Origin: an uncultured Nitrososphaeraceae archaeon
Lineage (GTDB): Archaea; Thermoproteota; Nitrososphaeria; Nitrososphaerales; Nitrososphaeraceae
Assembly (NCBI GenBank): GCA_963765895.1
Contig: CAVXZB010000048.1
Location: 99,474 to 163,473 of the forward strand
Length of the DNA stretch: 64,000 nucleotides
Reading direction: 5' to 3'
Positions 38,231-48,797 of this stretch are shown here, piece after piece. The number at the start of each line of letters is the position of its first letter. The stretch's first letter is position 1. A model generated the notes under the pieces. It ran no database searches, had not been told where the DNA came from, and saw only the letters and a program-made list of their open reading frames with translations. Both the position numbers and the translations under genes were made by a program.

Positions 38231-38678
38231 TATTATAGAAGTCTCTTAGTTGTATTTATATTTTAGTTCACATCTCTATGCCAATCTAATTTAACGAGAT
38301 AATCATGTACGTCGTTAGCGATTTTACACTTGGACTAGAACATTTCTATTGATTTCTTAAGTTAATCTTTTCATCCAGACAGAGATCTCTATATTGCTAG
38401 TTAACTAACAGATTTCCTTTTTGAGAGACACAATATCAAGATATAATCTTCACTATTCCAATTTTTGTGCAAGGACGGCCAAGAAATCCCTACCATATAT
38501 TATGTCTAGATATTTCGTTATTCATTATCTTGTTTTTAATCTAATACCATGATATTTATATTTAGTTATTTTTGTTTCTATTATACTTGATCTAGTAGAT
38601 TTCTATTTTACTTACTCTCAAAGTTATCTTTCTTATTGATTTATATATTAACAAATTTGCCAGGCCAACATAATGTCA

Positions 38679-39029
38679 CTATAGATTTAATTCTCTCACG
38701 CCGCTAATTATTTTTGAATGATCAGCGCCAACTTCTGTTGTTATATATAAAAGATAGTTATCAGCTAATGGCATAGTTATCCGCTTTATCTTTTCATATT
38801 CCGCCAAAACATACCTACCTTTTCCTATTTTTGATTCAAGCTGGCTACGTGTTTTCCATGAATTAACAGCAAGCTCGAGTGATCTCTTACTTTCATCCTG
38901 AGTGAGAAGATTTTTTATACCCTCTCTATGACTTGAATACATTATCTTTCCATTAGGATCGCAAATAGTAACCAATCTTACATTTGGATCTGTATTCATA
39001 ATTTTTTCATAAATTTGCTTATAGTCCAT
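38679..39029 (-). CDS. DUF6659 / roadblock-like protein
   Basis: VRLVTICDPNGK...LLT.DES...GKGRYVLAEYEKIKRIT.P. Confidence 0.85.
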   Translation of the reverse strand: MDYKQIYEKIMNTDPNVRLVTICDPNGKIMYSSHREGIKNLLTQDESKRSLELAVNSWKTRSQLESKIGKGRYVLAEYEKIKRITMPLADNYLLYITTEVGADHSKIISGVRELNL

Positions 39030-39460
39030 TCTTTATGTAATAATAGAAGTACTTCTATAAAAAATATGCTACTCTTTGGCATTACTTATTAGAAAATATT
39101 TTATGATTAATCATTATGTATTTTTATTATCAAAAATCCCATAATTCGCTCAACAATGATAATAATGATAATAATCCATTCATTCTATAATAAAACTATG
39201 GCAACCTTATGACGAAGTATGAATTAGAGCATATATGATGAATTTAAAGTTTATATTGACATTATTAAAAGCCGATTTAAATTCGTAAGAACACTAGTTC
39301 AACATTATGATGCAGTCTAAGATTTAAAGCTGTAAATCGACCAGCGTCTAAACATGATTCCTATACTATCTATGAATAGCATTTAATCTACTACACTCTA
39401 CTGCAGCACATATATTATCAAATACTTGTTACCTTATTGACAGATATAGAAGAAGCGTAA

Positions 39461-40704
39461 CTAGTCTCTATAGCCGTTCTTGATCTTATATGTTGTAATT
39501 CGAAGTGAGGGTAGTATAAATAAAAGACTGAGTATACCTCCAAGTAACCATGCAATAGTATAACCTATATGTTGAACAACATATGTAAATACAATTGGGA
39601 CCCAAAATGCTCCAAATAATGATAACCCATTAACCCAGCTTATCGCCAAGGTATCATATGATCTTTTTGTTATTGCCCCTGTGTTTTCTTCGTTTCTCAT
39701 TGCCATTCTAGTCTTTCTGTATGATTCTTTGGCTGAGGTATATGCTATAGTAAAAACACCAGCTGAAAAGGCTCCCACCAAAACATTTGATATTCCAATT
39801 ATGTATATTCCTGATGGTGTTGTCGCAATAGCAATCCCTGCTAAACCAGCGGACATTACTAGGCCGCACACAAACAAGAGTTTCTTTACGTTTCTTATAG
39901 TATCGTATATCCTTCCAAAGATAGGTGCTGATACGACACCAGATATTAAACCTAAACCAACAATAAAGCTAGCAGTTGATGAATTTACTTTCAAATAATC
40001 TTCCAAATAAAATACTATGAACGTCAAAGGTAAACCCCATGCTATTTGTGCTCCAAGTAATACTAATCCAAAAATAAATAGGGATTTATTAAATAATACT
40101 TTGCGAATGTCTGACATATTAATTTGGAAACTTTTTCCTTTTGCACTTTGTGGACTTCTCTGATCTTCTCTATCCCAATCCTGCATTTTTGGTAAAAAAG
40201 CAATTAAGAATATGCCGCTAATCAAACCAAAGCCTCCGCTTAACAATAAGCTTTGTCTCCATCCTACTACTTCTGTAAGAATTACCCATCCAAATATCCC
40301 TATGATTCCCCTATTGAATGAGCCGAGTTTAGTGATGCTATTGCGAATCCTTCTGATCCTCTTCCGAAGTATCTTGTAATCAAAGTGACACTTGAACCAA
40401 AAAATAATGCCATGCCAAGGCCAACGATAAACCGTAGTACTTCCATTTGTTGTATTTGCGAAGATAGACCACAAAGTAATGCTGCTGACGAAGCTATTGT
40501 TATTCCATATATTGCAGTCCTCCTCGAACCCTGTACTGCAGCAAGAATTCCACCAGGTACCTGAAATAGACCTATACCTATTAAGAAGCTCGTAGTAAGT
40601 AATCCTAGCAAAGTGACGTCTTGTTTAAAGTCTGAAGCTATATGTGAAAATATAGAAGCTATATTAAACCAATTTATCGCATATATCACTCTAGCAAATA
40701 GCAA
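39461..40704 (-). CDS. MFS transporter (frameshift near 40305)
   Basis: Multiple TM helices, LRFIVGLG, GRIYD; two ORFs join. Confidence 0.88.
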
Positions 40705-40929
40705 TCTCGCAATTGCAGAATGATTGGTTTTATTCAGTTTTATCTCATTTTCTGCTTCAATAATTAATATAGATATACATAAATTAAATTTGCACCAGAC
40801 ATAAAGTATTGAGAATAGTCCATCTTATAAAGATAATATATTCAATACTTTGAATCACTTATCATTATTTATATTATTTATGGAATAAAATATGTTACCT
40901 CTAATTGTTTCTGTTATCAAATATTCCCT

Positions 40930-41410
40930 TATTAGGCCTATGAAACCAGTCTCTGGAAGAATTTGTATAGACGTTAAATTAAACCGATCCATAAGTGGAG
41001 ATAAAAATATTACAATGTGGAGTTACAAGTACGATGATACATACTAATGCATTACAGTTTTTGAATAAGACTGTGAATCTTTTATACTTATTAATAGGCT
41101 TCTTTTGAATACTATACGAGGTTCATTCAGAGGGGTTATAAGCTGCAATGATCAATTCGACTACAATTGATTAAGAAGATGTTACAAACTCCAATAGACG
41201 ATTCTAGGAAGTTTGCAATGAGGCGTGTCTTGATCCTGTATTTTATTAACATTAGAAAATCTTTGTACTGATGAAGCTTCTAATACAATAAGGGAATTGG
41301 CTCGATGTAGTTCTCTACGACAGCTAATCCTAATTATAAATTAAACATAATATTAAGACGGCAAAGAGGAGTGGTTATTTATCGATAAGCCTAGCGAAGT
41401 TAAAGATAGA
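40930..41410 (+). pseudogene. Decayed primase-X (PriX-like) domain gene
   Basis: KMLQTPIDDSRKFAMRRVL..YFINIRK..TDEA...I...CSSLRQL.NPNYK...KTAKRSGYLSISL.KLK. Confidence 0.6.
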
Positions 41411-41494
41411 TTATTCTTATTTATATAATAGGCTTACAACATGATTTGCTTTTATATTCTGTAGATACCAGTTAAAAAACTCACCATATCCTAA

Positions 41495-42057
41495 TCATTT
41501 TCTCAGTCTTCTAGTCCAATCAGCAAGGTTTTGTAGCAGATGCCTCAAGAATTTCTCAGTATTCTCATCCGTTAGCTTACCATTCGCGTCAAATTTATCT
41601 TGTGAGAATGAAAGTATCACCTCTGGCCCGTTTATCGGATACATATTTAGAAATACGAATATCTGTCGTAAATGATACTGTGCTCTAGCACCGCCCAGCA
41701 TACCCACTGAGGCACTCATTATAGCAGCTGGCTTCCCTTCAAATGCATTATCTCCGTAAGGTCTTGAGGCCCAATCAATTGCGTTTTTAATACTCCTGGT
41801 ACTGAATAATTATATTCCGGAGTTGCAATAAGTATGGCATCTGCTTCCCTAATTTTTGATTTGAATTCTCTTACCTTGGTTGGCATATCTTTCTCAATAT
41901 CTTGATTGAATGGAGGAATACCCTCAATTTCAAAAATTTCTAGACTAACACCTTTTGGCAACAGTTCTATGGCAGCACGTAGGAGAGCCTTATTATAAGA
42001 ACCATCTCTTAAGCTTCCTGCAAAACCAAGAATTTTTAATTCATTATTGCTTTCCAA
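41495..42057 (-). CDS. NADPH-dependent FMN reductase (ChrR/SsuE-like; frameshift near 41785)
   Basis: GSLRDGSYN, ATPEYNYSVPGVLK, GGARAQYHLRQ. Confidence 0.92.
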
Positions 42058-42738
42058 CTTTGCTTATCTATCAAGTTAATTTTATATTACATAACGGTTA
42101 CGTTTCAGAATTGAGTTAGATATACAAGACCATCATAATAGTAGTAGTTGTGTAACGTATAAAATAGTAAATTTGATTGTGGGGTCATTGCAAATTATAG
42201 ATATTTTCTAAAATGAGGCCTCAGACTTATAGATTGGCATTTTGGTATAGATAATGATGAAAAATGGAGCGTATCTGTTATGGGGAGCTATATAACGTAT
42301 TCCAAAAATAAGTAAAACATAGCGGTGAGATGGAAAGCTAAGGAAGTGTTGAGCTGGGGGCCTACTGATGTTCCATGTCATCAACCAATTCAGCTATACA
42401 AATTCAAGACAAAACTAGTTGAGCTCAATAAACAATTCCTTTTGCGATGATCCAAATCTACAATGTGTGCCACTTTAAGAACACAATCAGGAGTAAAGTC
42501 TATGTCATGCAATAATCACCATAAATCAGGGATACCCCCTTACTGGAGATTGCATCCTGACGTACTAAATATACATCTAGAATCCGTAGAGTACCCAAGT
42601 GCAAATCCGAGAATCATAAATGTGTTTATAAAATGCTAAATATTTCCTTTTGTATTCGCTTTATATTTATTTAATAGAGAAAAATAGAAATTTTCTTCCT
42701 AAAGTGTCAATTTATAAAAGATTGAGAATAGTAGAAAT

Positions 42739-43113
42739 TTAGGTAATATCTGCACTAATCACTTTTTGCTTATTTTTTTCAGTGTCAGTAGTATATGAAG
42801 ATGCACTAGATTTTCTTGTGTCATGTAATTTATCATAGTTAGGTTCATAACCAGCGCAGCATCCATGTGGTGCAATAACGTCAGAAACCTTTCCCATAAC
42901 ATCTGGACCATCATCTTCTACAAGCATACATTTTCCACCACTCGTATTTATCCAGTATATACAGTTATAACAAAAGTATCCCTCATGCAAATTAGAATCA
43001 GAAAATTTATCAAATTCGATGTATGATGCCTTTAATTTGTTGAACTTTTTAAATTTGATAATATTGTCTACTGCACCAGCAGCCTCTTTAATTTTATTTG
43101 TTATATTTGTCAA
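42739..43113 (-). CDS. HiPIP-like 4-Cys iron-sulfur protein, copy 2
   Basis: KASY...CYNCIYW......CMLV...IAPHGCCAGY; SD-like AGGAGTAGGAGTGAT upstream. Confidence 0.7.
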   Translation of the reverse strand: MTNITNKIKEAAGAVDNIIKFKKFNKLKASYIEFDKFSDSNLHEGYFCYNCIYWINTSGGKCMLVEDDGPDVMGKVSDVIAPHGCCAGYEPNYDKLHDTRKSSASSYTTDTEKNKQKVISADIT

Positions 43114-43145
43114 TCTGAATAATCACTCCTACTCCTTTCATTCTG

Positions 43146-43442
43146 CTAGCGAGTCTCCGCGTTTGGAAACCATAACGTGCACACACCGCTTGGTGCTATG
43201 ACACCAGATTCTTTTTCATTTACATCAGGTCCAGTATCTTTTACTATGGCACAGTGACTATCCTTAATAAAATATATACAGTTATTGCAAAAATATCCAG
43301 CATTCAAATCTGCATTTTTAAAATATTCGTTCTCTAAATATCCTGCAGTAGCCTTTGACAGCTTTGGATATGGTCTGTCAGTAGGTATGTTATTGCCGTT
43401 ATTTTTGGTATCTGTAGTAGTATATGTTATCTGGTCAGACAT
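43146..43442 (-). CDS. HiPIP-like 4-Cys iron-sulfur protein, copy 1
   Basis: KLSKATAGY...CNNCIYF.....CAIV...IAPSGVCTLW. Confidence 0.75.
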   Translation of the reverse strand: MSDQITYTTTDTKNNGNNIPTDRPYPKLSKATAGYLENEYFKNADLNAGYFCNNCIYFIKDSHCAIVKDTGPDVNEKESGVIAPSGVCTLWFPNAETR

Positions 43443-43750
43443 GATCTACTATTTTTTTGGACATTATTATATTAAGAGGTATATGAATTCTGCAATAAGA
43501 ACATCTACCATTTTAGATTTTTCTCTCTAAATATTGCTGTAGACAGTATTGCTATTAAGAGTTGATGGATGGCTCACGGTTCTAAACTTTAGAAAATGCG
43601 TCGGCAATGAAAAGACCTAGACTGCTTTTCATGAGTCATAACATGCCCAGATCAAATTATGAGGTTATAATTCCATCAACTGGCCTTACTTATATTCCAT
43701 AATATCTTCTCATTCTTCACACAAAAATTACTTCAGATTAATCATACCAT

Positions 43751-44688
43751 TCATGCACCATTGAAACTGCTCGCCATTCCCCCTTGATAAGCCGCGGTAA
43801 GTGCGCCTATCGACCCCCATCCCTGAACATCTCCTGCTGCAAAAAGTCCTTTAACATTTGTTTCTTGCCTTTCATCTGTCTTAATATTGCCTTGCTCATC
43901 TAATTCCAAATTCAAGTTCTCAACTAGTCCTTGTATCAACTTAGATGGTTTTACTGGGGGGATCCACCAGAGAGTATCAATCTGAATAGTTTCGCCAGAC
44001 TCAAGTGAGATTGATCCTACTTTGGCATTAGTAAGATTTACTTTTGCGGGAATTCCTTTATAAACAGGAATATCTAGTTTTGATAATTCCTTTTGGTAGG
44101 AAGGCTTTATATCTATGTTTGGAGGTATGAAAACTTTAATTTTAGAAGTCCAGTTTTGTGCCATCTTCGGAAACCAGCTAAGTTCCTTTTTGGAATTCAC
44201 CACAATACCCCAAACACGGTCTCTATTTTCGTAACCGTCACAAAATGGGCATGAAATAATCGAATCTGCCCAGCATTCTATAAATCCAGGGATATCTGGA
44301 TATACATCGCGGCATCCTACCGATAGAACAACTTTCTTTGCTTTAATCGAGGTTTCATTATCGTCTGTAATTACAAATATTCCATCTTCATATTCTTCTT
44401 CTTTGTTGACATCTACTATATTTCTATTGCGGAATTCAACAGAATCATATTTATCAATCTGTTCCCATGCAATTTCACGAATTTTTATTGGTAAAAGTCC
44501 ATCTAAGCCAAGAAAATTATGAATACCATGAGAAGCTGCATTTCTAGGTGATTCTGAATCATCAAAAACTATAGTTTTTTTCTTGTGCGAGAAAAAACTA
44601 GTGCAGCTTGTAAACCTGCAGGTCCACCTCCTACTATAGCAATGTCTATTTGTTCTTGTTCTAAATGACTTTTTCTTTTATTTGTCAT
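43751..44688 (-). CDS. Thioredoxin-reductase-like FAD/NAD(P) oxidoreductase (frameshift in A-run near 44578)
   Basis: IVGGGPAGLQAAL, PRNAASHGIHNFLG, CPFCDGYE, TNVKGLFAAGD. Confidence 0.9.
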
Positions 44689-44851
44689 TCTGGTCTGTCA
44701 GGATCCTTTCGGCATGCACATGTGTATATAACTATCGAGTAAACTTCAGCATAGAGGAATCTGGTCAGCAGTTTCCAGCAATATTCAGTCATTTCTATGA
44801 GATTCATGTGTTATGGAAAAATACTATAGTAGTGGTCATTCATGCACTTTT

Positions 44852-45034
44852 TCACTCAGAGATTAGCATCTCTTTTACGAAGTAATGTTCGTTATCTTCC
44901 CACCAATCGCTAGGTTCAGCATTAAGAGAGTTGCAGAATTGCTGGGCTTGGCTTTTATCAAGAAATACCTTTGAGTCTTCTAGTATCTTGGACCCGTGTG
45001 CATATTCTTCGAACACAACGATATAAATTTTCAT
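44852..45034 (-). CDS. Small hypothetical protein of a type common in viruses/MGEs
   Basis: MKIYIV....VF..K..A..F......YFVKE pattern; SD GAGGGAG upstream. Confidence 0.6.
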   Translation of the reverse strand: MKIYIVVFEEYAHGSKILEDSKVFLDKSQAQQFCNSLNAEPSDWWEDNEHYFVKEMLISE

Positions 45035-45628
45035 TAATTACTCCCTCATTCTTTTACTTACAAATTCATGGTTATGTCCAGGAACACACAGGTCGATCCA
45101 ATAATAACTTTTACCGTCGTCAAGTTTTTTCAATAGCGGCGCTTGTGGTAGTGAACAGTATATACAACGTTTCATTCCGATTGTCACCTAAGTTACCACA
45201 TTATTTAGTCTTTGATCTATTTTTTCGATAAGATGATGCTTGAGTTCTATTCCTATGTAAGTTGAGTGCTACATTTCCCAATTGTTCTTGTCCCACAGAA
45301 CTGGCCCAATACTGGGCCATTTGGTGGACATGTTGCGATTAGTGCCGGCGCTACTAGATCTTCAGAAAAAGTCAGAATCAATACTCTATGTCTAGGTGCA
45401 GCAATCAACATTACCTGATAATGCAATCTTCCACGTTTTCTTTGATTTTCTTAATATCTTGTTTACCCTTGATAGTAATATAGTCTGCAAGTAATTATTA
45501 AGTTGTCAGGGGATGCACAATTTATGCAATATATTGCACAAAACTGAACCTCAAGGTTAAGAACAATCTAATTTGGAAGAGTATAATAAAGAATTACGAA
45601 AAACTCTTTTGTAGTGCTCGGTGGAGTA

Positions 45629-45844
45629 TTATTGTTGTTGTTCAACAAGTTTCTTCAAAAATTTGTCAAACTCTGTTCTAAAATAGTCTAACATCATCTT
45701 TCTATTCTCTGGATGAGACTTTCCATATCTTTCTGAAATAAAATATAATACGCTAAGTAACGATGCTGAGGCATGTCCGAAGGGCGCAGCATGTTTCTCA
45801 AAAACAAACATAATTTCTTGGTTCAACTGTTTGACTTTTCTCAC
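45629..45844 (-). CDS. Hypothetical protein
   Basis: 71-aa helical ORF. Confidence 0.5.
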   Translation of the reverse strand: MRKVKQLNQEIMFVFEKHAAPFGHASASLLSVLYFISERYGKSHPENRKMMLDYFRTEFDKFLKKLVEQQQ

Positions 45845-46632
45845 TTCTTCCTTATCTTATATGGTATTATCATTTTGGACACCTTTGGTGTGCATTGTTT
45901 GATCAGACATGACTAGCCTAGCATTTTTTGAGCTTTATTGTATTAATAAGTATATCACGAAATTCGCTATGAAAGGGTTTACACTTTAACAAATAAAGAG
46001 GAATTTATAATAAATCCTTTTTTACCTAGTCAGATTGATTAAAGGTCAAATTAGTTAACGACTGCATTCTAGTTAAAATATAAACGGACGGTCGTTATAG
46101 AATTCAGCCTTTCTTCCGGCAGAATTAGTATAGTATGGTGGTAGCATCTGTCTCTACCTGTGTAACAGTAGTAGATAGATGATATGGCTGAATTCATGAC
46201 AGTCAACGACCGTAGTTTCGAATGACAATATTATAATGGATTCTATCAATATTATAGGTGTCAATAAGCAAAACTTATCTGATAGTATAAAGCGCAGACA
46301 GAGGAGCTCCTAGCAGAAATCAGAAAACTGGAAAATGAGTGAATTGAATCATTTGCAACGAGTAGTCAAAGAGGTATTAGTTAAGGCACAAGACGCATCA
46401 TCCAATGATTGAAGAAATATTTAAACAGGAGACAAGTGATCAGGCGATAAGAAAGATAAAAAACCACAGACATATGAATCGAATAAAAATACTTATACCA
46501 TATCATATAGCTAGCTAAATAAGATCCTGTCCAAGATCTGACTATGTTCCGTATTCTGATCTGCTAATCTTATCAACGACTATTTCGTAATGTAGTCAGG
46601 AAATCATAAATAATTCTATATTTATTGGGTAG

Positions 46633-47004
46633 ATGATAGATGACTTGTTATTAGTAGTTGATGATGATTATGATATTGCATTTCTAATTAGGATCTGTAT
46701 TGAAAATATGGGTCTTTCTGTGTCTTCTTTTACCGATCCCTTGTTAGCCTTAGAAGAGTTTAGAAAGAAACCATCAGATTATGAACTTGTAATCTCAGAT
46801 ATTAGGATGCCTAGTATGAATGGCTATGAGTTTGTAAAACAAGTAAAGAAAATCAACCCAAAAGTAAACGTAATCCTTATGACTGCATTTGAAATAGAAG
46901 ACAAGGAGTTTAACAGCATCCTGCCATTAATCAAGATAAATGGTTTTCTTCGAAAGCCATTTTCCATAACAGAGTTAAGTGATATAATAAGGAAAATCAG
47001 ATGA
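46633..47004 (+). CDS. Stand-alone response regulator receiver domain
   Basis: VVDDD, SDIRMP, MTA, KPF. Confidence 0.95.
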   Translation: MIDDLLLVVDDDYDIAFLIRICIENMGLSVSSFTDPLLALEEFRKKPSDYELVISDIRMPSMNGYEFVKQVKKINPKVNVILMTAFEIEDKEFNSILPLIKINGFLRKPFSITELSDIIRKIR

Positions 47005-47095
47005 AATCGGGTTAAAATGATGCTAATATTTATTGCAGGCTACTATTCACAACGGTTATTATAGTTTTTTGTCCAGCATTTATGTAACAGTCAAA

Positions 47096-47668
47096 ATGAC
47101 ACAGGATCCAATAAACTTTCATGTTACTGATGCTTTAAGCCAGATAAACCAAGCAGAATATGGCGCACACCATATCATAATTTACCCAGATTTACTTACA
47201 CTAAGAGAATTGTATTCCAATTACATAAAAAAACAAATTGAGGAGAACAATGAAATGATTCTTATAAATCCATTTTATGAAACTACTGACTCTGTTAGGC
47301 AAATTCTTTCTAAGAACGGCGTAAATGTGTCCAAATATGAAAAAGAAAAAATGCTTGTAATTATTGATTCTCTCAAGGTGTATTTTAGTCAACAACAACC
47401 AAATATACTTTTTGTGAAAAGCCTAGCTAAATATGCCAAACAAATGGGAAAAAGCTGTCTTTCAATTCTGGGTGATCTAGGCGCCTATCCTCACAGATCC
47501 AAGTATGATAATCTTGTCGATTATGAACTGTCTTTGCCGTTAAAGTATGATGTTGATATGAAAGGGTTTTGTCTATACCACCAAAAGGATTTTGACAAAT
47601 TCTCAGTTGAGCAAAAGCAAAAATTAATTAAACATCATGGCAAGGCTCTAAAAATAGAAAGATCCTAA
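47096..47668 (+). CDS. MEDS domain sensory protein
   Basis: GAHHIIIY, LVIIDS, LVDYE..LP, GFCLYH..DF. Confidence 0.85.
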   Translation: MTQDPINFHVTDALSQINQAEYGAHHIIIYPDLLTLRELYSNYIKKQIEENNEMILINPFYETTDSVRQILSKNGVNVSKYEKEKMLVIIDSLKVYFSQQQPNILFVKSLAKYAKQMGKSCLSILGDLGAYPHRSKYDNLVDYELSLPLKYDVDMKGFCLYHQKDFDKFSVEQKQKLIKHHGKALKIERS

Positions 47669-48052
47669 ACACTGTCTATAAACAGAGGTATAATCAGAGA
47701 TGGTTCTGGTATTCGTCTAGATCAGATAATAACAACAAGACATGCATCAGTCCTAGGGTGTTATTTTTACTTGGTAATCAACTAGATCCAAGTATGGAGT
47801 CTTTGCACAAATTCTTTACCATAAATGTATATCGTATGTTCTGGGTTTGAATTGACTAATTTATTAGCAGGGATGGCACGTTGGCAAAGCATTCAAAGGG
47901 AAATCCAAAACAAAAACCAAACCGGAATCAGAATGAGTCAAAGCCAGACAAAATTAGCCAACTATCTATAGCAGGACTCCCGCTCAAATTTTGTCGCACA
48001 ATACATGACGACAAATAACAGTTAAACATCATATGTACGTAATGATATTAGT

Positions 48053-48379
48053 ATGTCACATGATTCAAAAAAAATAGAATATAGAAAGCTATCCCAAGAT
48101 GAAATAGGAATTGAAGTTACTAAGATTAAAGGATGGAATACTACTGAAACTGGAAAAATTAGTAAAGAATTTCAGTTTAAAAATTTCGTTCAAGCATTCG
48201 GTTTTATGACAAAAGTAGCTATGGAAGCAGAAAAGATGAATCATCATCCGGAGTGGTTTAATGTTTATAATCGTGTAAAAATTGAATTGGTGACTCATGA
48301 CCTTGGAGGCATAAGTACATATGATATCAAATTTGCCGATACTATCAACAAATTGTATGAAAATAAAGAGCAACAATAA
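48053..48379 (+). CDS. phhB: Pterin-4-alpha-carbinolamine dehydratase
   Basis: [11 protein letters not shown]...[12 protein letters not shown]...THD.GG. Confidence 0.95.
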   Translation: MSHDSKKIEYRKLSQDEIGIEVTKIKGWNTTETGKISKEFQFKNFVQAFGFMTKVAMEAEKMNHHPEWFNVYNRVKIELVTHDLGGISTYDIKFADTINKLYENKEQQ

Positions 48380-48797
48380 CAACAGAGAAGATATTCTAGT
48401 TTAGAATTTTAGCAATTATAGCATTACTTAAGATAAATCAAGCTATAAGACATATGTACTTGAAGTAGCTGAACTTTCTAATAATTATTTATATCATACA
48501 GCCTAGTCCATTGAGCCCTCTGTTTAATCCCGCAAATAAAAAATAGTAAGAAATCTATCGTGAACAATTATTTTGGACATCAACATGTAAAGGCTTCTCT
48601 GATAGTCTTGTCTCAAAATTCGAGCAAAGGTGCAAACCGACCGAATTAAGAATGCCGTATAATCAAACAGATACTAAAACATGAGGATGCTAACCGCTGC
48701 CCGAATGCACGAGTTTATGGCATCAACAATAACTAATTCATCAAAGCAAATCTTAGCCGAAATTACTAAAGCAGCATCAAGTGGTTAATGCTACTCA

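Noticed and set aside
42535-42549. ORB-like CTCCAGTAAGGGGGT on the minus strand
   Set aside because: Lacks the GGAAA core, single copy, no initiator gene nearby
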